Shown here: positions 9,014 to 18,915 of the stretch, piece after piece
How positions within the stretch are numbered: position 1 is the stretch's first letter
Layout of the letters: each line of letters begins with the position of its first letter
DNA from: Chitinophagaceae bacterium
GTDB lineage: Bacteria; Bacteroidota; Bacteroidia; Chitinophagales; Chitinophagaceae
Direction: 5' to 3'
DNA length: 64,000 nucleotides
Assembly (NCBI GenBank): GCA_035298945.1
Contig: DATGXN010000007.1
Coordinates: 1,479-65,478, forward strand
Made by a program: the position numbers and the translations under genes
Notes under the pieces: generated by a model
Told to the model about the DNA's origin: nothing
Database searches by the model: none
What the model saw: only the letters and a program-made list of their open reading frames with translations

Positions 9014-10080
9014 TCCTGATGAAACTGATTCTTGGCTTATTATTTTTTATTTCATCCCTTGCATCTGCCCAGGAACAGGATGGTATTGACAGTTTGGTGA
9101 AAAGGAAGATGCAGGAACAAAAACTGGTAGGTGTAAGTGTGGGCATCATTGTTAATGGGAAAATTGTCAAGTCCACCGGGTATGGTTTGGCGAATATTGA
9201 TCAGAGAGTGTCCGCAACGGAGAACACTGTTTATAAGCTTGCATCTATCAGTAAACACATGGTGGCTGTTGCCATCATGAAATTGAATGAAGAGGGTAAG
9301 CTGAAGCTCACCGATACCCTCAGAAAATATTTCAGAGATGCCCCGGACGCTTGGAGTAAAATAACCATCCGCCATTTGTTGAATCATACTTCCGGCCTTC
9401 CCCGGGAATCTCCAGGATTCAGATTCAATGTAGCGCAACCTGATTCTGTTCTTATAAAACAAGCGTATAATACACCTATGACATTCCAGACGGGAGCAAG
9501 TTGGGAGTATTGCAACCTGGGGTATTTTATTTTAGCTGATATTATCCGAAAGGTGTCCGGGATCTCATTTGCACAATACATGGGAAATGAGATCTTCTCA
9601 AAATTTGAATTGGACAATACCCGTACCACTTCAATTTATGATATCAACCCGGATAAGGCGGAAGGGTATCTTCCGAAGGGGAAAGACAGCCTGGTCAAGG
9701 CAGATGTCCAGATCGCACTGAGGCCGAGTGGGGCCTTTGTTTCTAATATCAGGGATATGACGAAATGGGAGATGCTGATTGAGAATGAGAAGATCATCTC
9801 AGGTCAAAGCTGGCAGAAGATGTGGAGCGACACTGTTTTGACCACACGCAAGAATCCTGCGGGAGGAAATGTGTTTTATGGATATGGGTTGCAGGTAACT
9901 GATTTTAGCCATAGAAAACTTGTTTTTCATGGTGGCAGCTTACCTGGTTTCAGAACAATGTATTTCCGTTTTCCGGAAGAGAACACTGCCATTGTTCTCC
10001 TGGCCAATTCAGATCAGGCTGATCTTGCTCCGGTGGCCTGGGAGATTGCAGGTATTCTTTTCAAAAATCAACAGCCTTAA
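9010..10080 (+). CDS. Serine hydrolase, beta-lactamase/S12 family
   Basis: SISK (SxxK), LLNHTSG, YCN, HGG; ATGA overlap with the upstream gene. Confidence 0.85.
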   Translation: MILMKLILGLLFFISSLASAQEQDGIDSLVKRKMQEQKLVGVSVGIIVNGKIVKSTGYGLANIDQRVSATENTVYKLASISKHMVAVAIMKLNEEGKLKLTDTLRKYFRDAPDAWSKITIRHLLNHTSGLPRESPGFRFNVAQPDSVLIKQAYNTPMTFQTGASWEYCNLGYFILADIIRKVSGISFAQYMGNEIFSKFELDNTRTTSIYDINPDKAEGYLPKGKDSLVKADVQIALRPSGAFVSNIRDMTKWEMLIENEKIISGQSWQKMWSDTVLTTRKNPAGGNVFYGYGLQVTDFSHRKLVFHGGSLPGFRTMYFRFPEENTAIVLLANSDQADLAPVAWEIAGILFKNQQP

Positions 10081-10084
10081 AAGA

Positions 10085-10636
10085 ATGACCACCTATATCT
10101 CAATACTTCGCGGGATAAATGTCAGCGGACACAATATGATAAAAATGGAGGCCCTGAGAAAGCTCTATGCCAGTTTGGGATTGGTGGATGTGCAAAGTTA
10201 TATTCAAAGTGGCAATCTGATATTCCGCGCAAAAGAATCTGATAACAGAAAGCTTGAGGCGAAGATCGTTAAAGCTATAAAGAATGAATTTGGATTTGAT
10301 GTTCCTGTTATGATCATTGGGCTGGATGAGTTGAAAAAGATCGCCATGGGAAATCCATTTGCAGATGATAAGCAGAGGGATACCAAATTTATGCATGTGA
10401 GTTTTCTGTCCGGCGATCCGGGTAAGCCTGCGATAGCGAACATTGACCCCAGCCAGTATCATCCGGACGAGTTCAGTTGGAAGGGTCGATCGGTCTATCT
10501 TTATTGCCCCGGTGGTTATGGGAATACCAAACTGAATAACAGTTTTTTCGAGAAAAAATTGAAACTTACCGCTACAACCCGTAACTGGAAAACAGTGAAC
10601 GAGCTTATCCGGATGGCCGAAGACATTTCAAAATAA
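10085..10636 (+). CDS. DUF1697 domain protein
   Basis: YISILRGINVSG, SYIQSGN, T.RNWKTV. Start moved from 9920 to ATG 10085. Confidence 0.85.
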   Translation: MTTYISILRGINVSGHNMIKMEALRKLYASLGLVDVQSYIQSGNLIFRAKESDNRKLEAKIVKAIKNEFGFDVPVMIIGLDELKKIAMGNPFADDKQRDTKFMHVSFLSGDPGKPAIANIDPSQYHPDEFSWKGRSVYLYCPGGYGNTKLNNSFFEKKLKLTATTRNWKTVNELIRMAEDISK

Positions 10637-10646
10637 AGATCATTAT

Positions 10647-11111
10647 ATGAAGAAACTATTATTGGCTCTTTTGATGCCCGCCCTTGTTATATCCTGTGCA
10701 GATCAGCAAAAAAAGGAAACAGAGAAAAACGATGGACCGGTTATCCAGGGAACATGGAGGTTGTTGTCCGGCACTTTGATTGAAAAGGGCGATACGGCGG
10801 TTACTGATTATACTAAAACGATGTCGTTTATCAAGATCATTAATGATACCCATTTTGCATTTCTGAAGCATGATCTGAATAAGGGCAAGGATTCAACAGC
10901 CTCATTCGGAGCAGGTGGAGGAAGTTATGTACTGAAGGGCAATGAGTATACTGAACACCTTGAATACTGCAATGACCGCGAATGGGAGGGACATGATTTT
11001 ACCTTTACAGTAACAATTAGCAACGATACACTGGTGCAGAGCGGGGTGGAGAAGATCGAGGCCCAGGGTATTGAAAGATATAATATCGAAAAATATATCA
11101 GGGTCAGGTAA
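10647..11111 (+). CDS. Lipocalin-like lipoprotein
   Basis: Lipobox VIS-C; IQGTWRL lipocalin motif; GGGSY, YTEHLEY. Confidence 0.65.
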   Translation: MKKLLLALLMPALVISCADQQKKETEKNDGPVIQGTWRLLSGTLIEKGDTAVTDYTKTMSFIKIINDTHFAFLKHDLNKGKDSTASFGAGGGSYVLKGNEYTEHLEYCNDREWEGHDFTFTVTISNDTLVQSGVEKIEAQGIERYNIEKYIRVR

Positions 11112-11120
11112 AGAAAAGAT

Positions 11121-11627
11121 ATGGATGAGATATTGCAAACGGATCGTCTCAGGCTGAGGAAATTCAATACCGGCGATGCTTTATTCGTACGCGATCTGAC
11201 CAATACGGAAGACTGGCTGAAAAACATCGGTAACAGGAATACGGCAACGGAAGAACTTGCCATGAAATACCTGGAAAACGGAAATATCAGGAACTATACT
11301 GAATTGGGATACGGTGGGTACCTGATCGAGTTGAAAGAAACCGGCGAACCGATCGGTATGTGTGGATTATTCAAGCGGGAAAGTTTTGATCATCCCGATA
11401 TCGGCTTCGCTTTTATGCCGCAATGGTACGGGAAGGGTTTTGGTTTTGAAGCCGCCAGTGCAGTTTTAAAATATGCCCTGGAAGAACTTCATCTGCCCAA
11501 AGTGCTTGGAATTACCCTTCCCTCCAATAGAGGTTCCGCCAGGATCCTTGAAAAGATCGGCCTGAATTACATCGGATTGACCAGGCTGACGCCCGACGAT
11601 GATGAGCTGATGTTGTTCAGTAGCTGA
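11121..11627 (+). CDS. GNAT acetyltransferase, RimJ/RimL type
   Basis: TDRLRLR, DIGFAF, YGKGFGFEAA, N.GS.RILEKIG. Confidence 0.85.
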   Translation: MDEILQTDRLRLRKFNTGDALFVRDLTNTEDWLKNIGNRNTATEELAMKYLENGNIRNYTELGYGGYLIELKETGEPIGMCGLFKRESFDHPDIGFAFMPQWYGKGFGFEAASAVLKYALEELHLPKVLGITLPSNRGSARILEKIGLNYIGLTRLTPDDDELMLFSS

Positions 11628-11688
11628 TTCCGGTCAGTCTTTAAGACAGGTTGTTTGCGGAGTTTTGTTGACCCATAAAACATCTGTC

Positions 11689-12357
11689 ATGGCCAGACTC
11701 CTCGCGATTTGTAGTTTCTTCATATTAATTGGACTTTCCTGTGGCCGCCCGGAGCTGGATAATGACAGTATCGTCACTGGTGATCCTTTGGACCGCCTCA
11801 TGCTGGGTAACAAACGCTTCATGACTGGTTATCCTGTCCACCCAAATGAAACCCAGGATCGTATCAGGAAGTTGAAGAAGGGCCAGAATCCATATGTAGT
11901 GATCGTAAGCTGTTCAGATTCACGTGTACCACCTGAATTGGTCTTCGACCAGGGAATAGGGGATGTTTTTTCAATCAGAACTGCCGGTAATGTGATCGGA
12001 GATTATGAACTCGGAAGTATTGAATATGCAGTGGAACACCTTGGCTGTAAACTGGTGGTGGTCATGGGTCACGAGAACTGTGGTGCCGTTGATGCTTATA
12101 TCCACCAGGCGAAAGAAAAGCACGAAGACCATATCCAAAAACTGGTAGACTATATCACCAATGAGGTGGAAGAAAAACAATTGCCAGACAGTTTAAAGCA
12201 GAATATCGAGTTTTCTGTGCTTGCCAATATCAGGCACGGCGTAAATCTGCTCAGAGTTTCGGAGCCAGTGATCGGGAAACTGTATAATGAGAAAAAAATT
12301 CAGATCGTAGGTGCTGTTTATGATCTGGATTCGGGTGAGGTCAGTTTAATCAAATGA
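11689..12357 (+). CDS. Beta-class carbonic anhydrase with lipoprotein-type signal
   Basis: CSDSRV, RTAGN and HENC zinc ligands; N-terminal hydrophobic stretch ending LS-C. Start moved to ATG 11689. Confidence 0.9.
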   Translation: MARLLAICSFFILIGLSCGRPELDNDSIVTGDPLDRLMLGNKRFMTGYPVHPNETQDRIRKLKKGQNPYVVIVSCSDSRVPPELVFDQGIGDVFSIRTAGNVIGDYELGSIEYAVEHLGCKLVVVMGHENCGAVDAYIHQAKEKHEDHIQKLVDYITNEVEEKQLPDSLKQNIEFSVLANIRHGVNLLRVSEPVIGKLYNEKKIQIVGAVYDLDSGEVSLIK

Positions 12358-13163
12358 ATTTGAACAGGATAAGGCTTATATTATATCTTCTGTTTCTACA
12401 CGCCTGCGTAATTGCACAGGATCATGTACCGGTGACTCACGTATTCATCATTGGAACCATCCATACCGGCAATGCTTATTTTGACGATGAAGAACTGGTG
12501 AATATTTTCAAAAGGCTTGAGCCTGATATTATACTTTGGGAGCAGAGTGATGAATTCAGGATCATGCGGGGTTTGGAACTGGCTTCTACCCTGCAGATCA
12601 TCAGCCCCAGTATTGAGCAACTTGCCATACAGAAGTATATTAAGTATAACAAGGTATGCAGGGTGCTGCCCTACGACACGGGGTTTAACCGGGAAAAGTA
12701 TCTGTCGAATGAATTAAGATTCAGTTCGGAGATCGAACAGGAATTGCATCGCAAGATGATTAATGGTTCTATGACTGAAACAGACAGCCTTGAATACCAG
12801 AAATATCTTCTTGTTGACAGTGTATTTTTTGACGTGATCATGGATACCACACTGGAACGGATCAACCGCAAAGACATTATGCAGGTTACCGGATTCCTGA
12901 AAGAGCTTGACGGGAGTATAGTTCTGGGGCTTGTTAACCGCTATGTAGATGAAAGATATCTGCAAGATTGGTACAAAGATGATCTCGTTTTCTGGAAGAA
13001 AAGGAATGAATTTATGTGTAAACGATTAATGGAACACCTTGCAGCAAACAAAGGAAAGAAGATCATTGTGCTTTGTGGCCTCCTTCATAAATATTATATC
13101 AATAATTACCTGTCCCGTTTGCCGGCAACATCCGATACCAGGATTCAAACCACCTCTGACTGA
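12354..13163 (+). CDS. Secreted hypothetical protein, possibly TraB/GumN/ChaN-like fold
   Basis: Signal peptide; GTIH, PDIILWE, KRN and VLCGLLH motifs; ATGA-coupled to the carbonic anhydrase. Confidence 0.55.
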   Translation: MNLNRIRLILYLLFLHACVIAQDHVPVTHVFIIGTIHTGNAYFDDEELVNIFKRLEPDIILWEQSDEFRIMRGLELASTLQIISPSIEQLAIQKYIKYNKVCRVLPYDTGFNREKYLSNELRFSSEIEQELHRKMINGSMTETDSLEYQKYLLVDSVFFDVIMDTTLERINRKDIMQVTGFLKELDGSIVLGLVNRYVDERYLQDWYKDDLVFWKKRNEFMCKRLMEHLAANKGKKIIVLCGLLHKYYINNYLSRLPATSDTRIQTTSD

Positions 13164-13226
13164 TCAGTACTTCACTTTCTTCAGAGAGCCCAAATTGGAT
13201 TTTTAGTAATTTACAAAAAAGGAAAT

Positions 13227-13622
13227 ATGAGCAATATCCAGGAAACGAAAGAAGTCAGGAAAGCGGGTCCTGCTGATCATCTCGCCAATGAGCGCACATT
13301 TTTGGCATGGATCAGAACGAGTATTGCGCTGATAGGATTCGGGTTTGTAATTGTCAAGTTCGCGCTTTTCGTACACCAGATCTCACTGGCCATGGGAGGC
13401 ACGCAGGTGCCCCCCGGCAAGGGGCACTCAGCAACCATTGGTGTGATCATGATCGCGTTTGGTGCTGTGATTGCATTTTTGTCGTATATGCGGTACCGTG
13501 ATATTGAAAAACAACTGAACAACAGTGAGTATGCCCCTTCCCCGCTACTTTCACTGGTGGTGACTGTGAGTATAATCATTGCCAGTATGCTGCTTGTTAT
13601 ATATTTAATACCCAGTATTTAG
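13227..13622 (+). CDS. YidH/DUF202 membrane protein
   Basis: DHLANERTFLAWIRT signature; three TM segments. Confidence 0.9.
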   Translation: MSNIQETKEVRKAGPADHLANERTFLAWIRTSIALIGFGFVIVKFALFVHQISLAMGGTQVPPGKGHSATIGVIMIAFGAVIAFLSYMRYRDIEKQLNNSEYAPSPLLSLVVTVSIIIASMLLVIYLIPSI

Positions 13623-13624
13623 TT

Positions 13625-14767
13625 ATGGTTCATTCATTCACAATTATCGGTGGAGGTATTGCAGGGCTTACAACGGCAATAGCCCTTAAACGGATAGGGA
13701 TCGATGCCATGGTAATAGAGGCCACGCCTGAATTCAGGCCTGTGGGTGCGGGCCTGTCATTGGCTGCTAATGCCATGCAGGCTTTCAGGGAGATCGGTAT
13801 AGCAGATGCCGTGATCGCTGCAGGAAAAAATATGGCAGCACTCACTATTTTTGATCAGAAGGGGCGGGTAATTAACAGAACCAATACGGAACGTGTTAAT
13901 GCAAAATATGGCATCAGTAATTTCAGTATACACCGTGCCGCATTGCATAATGTGTTGTATTCATACCTGTCCCCGGAAAGGGTCATAAAGGGCAAAAGGA
14001 GCTGCGGCATTGAGCAACTGAATGAGGGGTGGCGTGTATTTTTTGAAGACGGCAGTAATATTGAATCCACCTTCCTGATCGTGGCAGAAGGCATACATTC
14101 TCCAATTCGTAAAATAGTCGCACCAGCCTCTAAACTCAGGTATGCGGGCTATACCTGTTGGCGTGGTATTGTTCAAAACGAACGGCAGATCGTTAGTTTT
14201 TCCGAAACCTGGGGGACAAAGGGGAGATTTGGAATTGTGCCCCTGGCTGATAACCAGATCTATTGGTTCGCTACCAAATCAGTGAAAGAGCCGGCATCAG
14301 CATTGAAAGACTTCGGCAAAGCGGACCTGGCAAATAATTTCAGAGGTTATCATGAGCCCGTTGTGGATCTGATCAGTGCCACACCAGATCAACACATCAT
14401 ATGGAACGATATTTTTGACCTTGAACCGATCAACAGGTATGCCTATGGCAACCTGGTTTTAGTGGGAGATGCAGCACATGCCACCACCCCCAATCTGGGC
14501 CAGGGTGCATGTATGGCCATTGAAGATGCTGTGGTGCTGGCCAATTGTCTCAAAAAGAATTCAAAGGTTCCGGAGGCTTTTGAGAGATTCCAGGCGAAGC
14601 GGTTGAAACGTACACACGATATCGTCAACGGATCCTGGCAAATGGGAAAGATCGCCCAGGTGGAGGATCCATTGGTGTCTAATATCAGAAATGCCTTCTT
14701 CCGGCTCATACCGCAATTCGTGTATGAAAAGCAGATCGATGATCTGTTCAATGTGAATTTTGATTGA
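13625..14767 (+). CDS. FAD-dependent monooxygenase (salicylate hydroxylase-like)
   Basis: GGGIAG, IHRAAL, EG.HS.IR, GDAAHATTPNLGQG. Confidence 0.9.
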   Translation: MVHSFTIIGGGIAGLTTAIALKRIGIDAMVIEATPEFRPVGAGLSLAANAMQAFREIGIADAVIAAGKNMAALTIFDQKGRVINRTNTERVNAKYGISNFSIHRAALHNVLYSYLSPERVIKGKRSCGIEQLNEGWRVFFEDGSNIESTFLIVAEGIHSPIRKIVAPASKLRYAGYTCWRGIVQNERQIVSFSETWGTKGRFGIVPLADNQIYWFATKSVKEPASALKDFGKADLANNFRGYHEPVVDLISATPDQHIIWNDIFDLEPINRYAYGNLVLVGDAAHATTPNLGQGACMAIEDAVVLANCLKKNSKVPEAFERFQAKRLKRTHDIVNGSWQMGKIAQVEDPLVSNIRNAFFRLIPQFVYEKQIDDLFNVNFD

Positions 14768-15275
14768 CCGATAAAGCCCCATTATTCGCCAGCTCAGTAT
14801 GTAAGGAGTTCGTTTCAGATGGTGCATTTCTTCCATGTGTCAGGGGGATTCTGGTCTCTTTGTTTCTTTTAATGAAAATGACACATGTCTTACAGGTATT
14901 TTTTTGAATATCATAGCAATTCAAAGCAATTTCATAGTCTGCCTTACCCTGGTGAACTAACCAATAATTAGTTGCTGAATTTGATATATCTGTTAGACAC
15001 CGATAGTTGAGTGTCTGGTTGTAATTTAGAGCGCCGGACAGCACTATATAAAATTTTTGAAATGAGGATCATTAATGACCAACGAAATAGCCCCGACCGC
15101 CAGAATTTTTTGATGATGATCGACATGTTTTTTTCAGCATCTACTGCCAAAGTTTTTATTGTTGCTTTCATTTGTCTGCTTTTTGCCCTTACCTGCTTTT
15201 TGTGATCGCATAGGGAGGAATAGACTTGTAATAGTGACCGGAAAGGCCAGTTGTTACACTTAATAAGTCAATTGC

Positions 15276-16298
15276 ATGATAAGGATCCCGGCGATACTTT
15301 TTACACTGAGTTTGTTTTTTTCCTGCGCACAGGAAACGCCAAAGAATACGAACACCAACATTCAGACTGTTGTACTCCTGGATTCCCCATTGAAATCCTG
15401 GGCAAATGGTCCAAGATCCAGGATCATGAACTGGCTGGAAGAAATTACTGACAGTACGGGTAAGAACTATATACCGGAAGCTGATCGTATTGCGGTGTTT
15501 GATAACGACGGAACACTCTGGCCGGAACAGCCCATTCCAAATCAGTTGGTTTATGCCATTGACCATGTGAAATCACAAGCCGGTTTGCATCCCGAGTGGA
15601 TGAAAGATCCTGCCCTTAAGGCATTTATCACCAATGATCCGGGTGCATTGCAAAAAGGGGGTAAAAAAGGCCTTGAAAAGGTGATGGCACTCAGTCATTC
15701 CGGAATGAGTGAAGCGGCTTTTAATGAGCAGGTCAGGCAATGGATTGATACAGCTAAGGACAGTAGATTCGGAAGGCGCTACCAGGACCTGGTGTACCAG
15801 CCAATGTTGGAACTATTGGAACATTTGCGGAGCTATGGCTTCAGGAATTTTATTGTAAGTGGAGGTGGCGCTGATTTTATGCGCGTCTGGACAGAGAAAG
15901 TATATGGAATCCCGCCTTACCAGGTGGTTGGCTCCTATATGGGTGCAAAATTTGAGCTGAAAGACAGCATTCCGGTAATTACTAAACTTCCACAAGATCT
16001 TTATGTAGATGATAAAGAAGGGAAACCCATAGCTATCCATCGTTTCATTGGAAAGGTTCCGGTTTTCTGCGGGGGCAATAGCGATGGGGACCTGGCGATG
16101 ATGCAATACACGGCAGGCAGCAAATACAGATCAATGAATGTGTTGCTTTATCATACCGATGCCGAGCGAGAATATCAATATGATCTCAAAACCCTGAGCG
16201 GACATCTCGAAAAGGCATTGGTGGAAGCCAGGGAAAGGGGATGGGTGGTTGTTGATATGAAGAAAGATTTCAGAAGAATATTTCCTTTCGAAAAATAG
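15276..16298 (+). CDS. HAD-family phosphatase lipoprotein
   Basis: Lipobox FFS-C; FDNDGTLW, VSGG, GNSDGD. Confidence 0.85.
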   Translation: MIRIPAILFTLSLFFSCAQETPKNTNTNIQTVVLLDSPLKSWANGPRSRIMNWLEEITDSTGKNYIPEADRIAVFDNDGTLWPEQPIPNQLVYAIDHVKSQAGLHPEWMKDPALKAFITNDPGALQKGGKKGLEKVMALSHSGMSEAAFNEQVRQWIDTAKDSRFGRRYQDLVYQPMLELLEHLRSYGFRNFIVSGGGADFMRVWTEKVYGIPPYQVVGSYMGAKFELKDSIPVITKLPQDLYVDDKEGKPIAIHRFIGKVPVFCGGNSDGDLAMMQYTAGSKYRSMNVLLYHTDAEREYQYDLKTLSGHLEKALVEARERGWVVVDMKKDFRRIFPFEK

Positions 16299-16375
16299 GT
16301 TAAATCGGTCAGGTTGATCTATGTTTTGCTTTACCTTGTTTGCCTTTCCCCGCAACTAATAAAATACATTCATTG

Positions 16376-16858
16376 ATGAGAAATGGCCAGATAGAATATG
16401 AGACCGTACAGGTAGGCGATTTTTATATTGTAGGAATTTCAACAATAACAACCAACCAGGGTGGACAGTCGGCAAAAGACATAGGAGAACTCTGGGGAAG
16501 GTTTTACGATGAAGGTGTTCTGCAGATGATCGAAGAGCGGGAATCTGACGATATTTATTCCGTTTATACTGACTATGAATCTGATTTCACGGGTCAGTAC
16601 ACCTGCATATTGGGCGTTCGTGTGAACGTGATCGTTAGCATACCTGAAGGGTTTGTGGGAAGAAAAATTGAAGGTGGAAATTATCTCAGGGTGGTGGCGC
16701 GTGGATCCATGCCGGGAGCCGTGTTTTTTGCCTGGACTCAGATCTGGCAGAACGATGAGTTGCTGGAACGGAAATATCAAAGTGATTTTGAAGTGTACGG
16801 CGACAAAGCAACCTATGGAGATGAAGCCGAAGTTGATATTTATTTATCAGTAAAATAG
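16376..16858 (+). CDS. GyrI-like small-molecule-binding protein
   Basis: IGELWGRF, YTDYESD..G.Y, W..IW, DFEVY. Start moved to ATG 16376. Confidence 0.8.
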   Translation: MRNGQIEYETVQVGDFYIVGISTITTNQGGQSAKDIGELWGRFYDEGVLQMIEERESDDIYSVYTDYESDFTGQYTCILGVRVNVIVSIPEGFVGRKIEGGNYLRVVARGSMPGAVFFAWTQIWQNDELLERKYQSDFEVYGDKATYGDEAEVDIYLSVK

Positions 16859-16863
16859 AACTC

Positions 16864-17271
16864 ATGGTCATACAAATAGAGACAACAGTCAATGCGCCGG
16901 TCGATAAGGTCTGGCAGTACTGGACCAGTCCTGAACACATCACGAAATGGAACCAGGCTTCCAGCGACTGGCATACACCCTGGGCTAAGAACGACCTCGT
17001 GGTTGGTGGTCAGTTTGTGTCCAGGATGGAAGCAAAAGACGGTTCCATGGGATTTGAATTTGGTGGCATCTACGATGAGGTGGTAGAACACAAAAAGATC
17101 GCCTACACTATGGGAGATGGACGTAAAGTAAGGGTCAGCTTTTCCGAAACAGCCCAGGGTATAAAGGTGGTGGAGGAGTTTGACGCAGAAGATGAGCATT
17201 CCGCGGAAATGCAGAGGCAGGGATGGCAGGCGATCCTGGATAATTTCAAGGCATACACGGAGAGCCAATAG
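16864..17271 (+). CDS. SRPBCC/AHSA1 family protein
   Basis: VNAPVDKVW..WTSPEHI..WN, DL.VGG.F..RMEAKDGS, Q..GWQAILDNF. Confidence 0.9.
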   Translation: MVIQIETTVNAPVDKVWQYWTSPEHITKWNQASSDWHTPWAKNDLVVGGQFVSRMEAKDGSMGFEFGGIYDEVVEHKKIAYTMGDGRKVRVSFSETAQGIKVVEEFDAEDEHSAEMQRQGWQAILDNFKAYTESQ

Positions 17272-17302
17272 CAGGTTGCAGGTGGCAGGTGGCAGGTTGC
17301 AG
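17272..17302 (+). repeat. Heptamer tandem repeat (CAGGTKG)n, solo arm
   Basis: caggttg caggtgg caggtgg caggttg cag starts right after the stop codon; same unit and trailing AAAG(A)AGGATAG as at 57481. Confidence 0.8.
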
Positions 17303-17358
17303 AAAGAAGGATAGTTTCAGGGTAATGACTTATTTTAGACATACCCAAACTACCAGCA

Positions 17359-18906
17359 ATGAAGTATTTTCTTTTTCTCGCACTGATCTTGGGCTCTGTT
17401 TCTATTTCATCTGCCCAGCCCCTTAGTTCATCTTCCATTGACAGTCTTGTTCAGCGTTCTATGAAGGCATTTGATGTGCCGGGGATTGCCGTGGCTGTAT
17501 TGAAAGATGGAAAGCTTATTCATTCAAAAGGCTATGGCGTACGATCGTTGCAAACCAACGAGAAAGTAGACGAGAATACACTGTTCGGAATAGCTTCCAA
17601 TACAAAAGCATTCACTTCTGCAGCGTTAGGTATATTGGCAGATGAGGGTAAACTGAACTGGGATGATAAGGTCAGGAAGTTCATTCCCGAATTCAAGCTA
17701 TACGATCCCTATGTTACTGAAGAGTTCACCATTCGAGATCTCCTCACACACCGTAGCGGGATGGGCCTCGGTGCAGGGGACCTTATGTTCTTTCCTGATT
17801 CCGCAGATTTCACCATCAAGGACGTGATCTATAATCTCAGGTTCCTTAAGCCGGTGTCCAGCTTCAGAACAAAATATGACTACGACAATAATCTTTACAT
17901 CATTGCAGGTGAAGTGGTCAGCCGCGTCAGCGGCATAAGTTGGGAACAGTTCATTGAACAGCGGATCTTAACACCGTTGGGCATGAATAATTCTGCCGCT
18001 TCTTATGCCCGGCTGAAAAGCAAATCGAATGTAATTGATGGTCATGCACCTGTAGATGGCAAATTGAGTGTGATCGCCCGTAATAGTTCTCAGATCATGT
18101 TGGCGGCCGGGGGAATTTATTCTTCCATTGCTGACCTGGGCAAATGGGTGCAGCTTCATTTGTCTCACGGAAAATATGAAGGGGGGAAGCAGTTGTTTTC
18201 AGATGATGTCCATGAAGAAATGTGGTCTCCCCAAACGATCATTCCCATCCGCGGAACAAATTCTTATAACACACATTTCTCTTCTTATGGATTAGGTTTC
18301 GGGATCAGTGACGTGAAAGGATATAAACAGCTCAGCCATACCGGTGGCCTGGAAGGCATGGTCACGCAGATCACCATGATTCCCGAACTTGGACTGGGCA
18401 TCATCGTACTTACAAACCAACAGGAAGGTGGGGCCTTTGCTTCTATCAGTAACCAGATCAAAGACGGATACCTGGGTGTAAAGGGGATTGATCGTGTTGC
18501 TGTAATCTCAAAATCAAGGAAAGACCAGTTAGCCGGCGGGAAAAAACTGACTGATTCAATCTGGAACCAGATCAATATGGTGCAGAAAGCCAACGCTGGC
18601 AAACTGGACCTGAATCCATACCTGGGAACTTATAAAGATCCCTGGCTTGGAGAGGTTACCATCTCTGTTAAGAACGGTAAACCCTGGTTTGATTCCAAAC
18701 GCTCTCCGAAACTAAATGGCGAAGTGCTTGCTTATAAAGCCAATACATTTATCGTAAAATGGAGAGACCGGAGTATGGATGCCGATGCTTTCATGAGTTT
18801 TGTATTGGACCAGGATGGCAAAGCATCGGGATTCACCATGAAAGCCATTTCTCCATTGACTGACTTCAGTTACGATTTTCATGATCTTGATTTTAAACGC
18901 CAGTAA
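17359..18906 (+). CDS. Secreted serine hydrolase (beta-lactamase family with C-terminal DUF3471-like domain)
   Basis: SNTK, LLTHRSG, YDN, HTG; C-terminal YLGTYKDPWLG domain. Confidence 0.85.
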   Translation: MKYFLFLALILGSVSISSAQPLSSSSIDSLVQRSMKAFDVPGIAVAVLKDGKLIHSKGYGVRSLQTNEKVDENTLFGIASNTKAFTSAALGILADEGKLNWDDKVRKFIPEFKLYDPYVTEEFTIRDLLTHRSGMGLGAGDLMFFPDSADFTIKDVIYNLRFLKPVSSFRTKYDYDNNLYIIAGEVVSRVSGISWEQFIEQRILTPLGMNNSAASYARLKSKSNVIDGHAPVDGKLSVIARNSSQIMLAAGGIYSSIADLGKWVQLHLSHGKYEGGKQLFSDDVHEEMWSPQTIIPIRGTNSYNTHFSSYGLGFGISDVKGYKQLSHTGGLEGMVTQITMIPELGLGIIVLTNQQEGGAFASISNQIKDGYLGVKGIDRVAVISKSRKDQLAGGKKLTDSIWNQINMVQKANAGKLDLNPYLGTYKDPWLGEVTISVKNGKPWFDSKRSPKLNGEVLAYKANTFIVKWRDRSMDADAFMSFVLDQDGKASGFTMKAISPLTDFSYDFHDLDFKRQ

Positions 18907-18915
18907 TACCATCAT

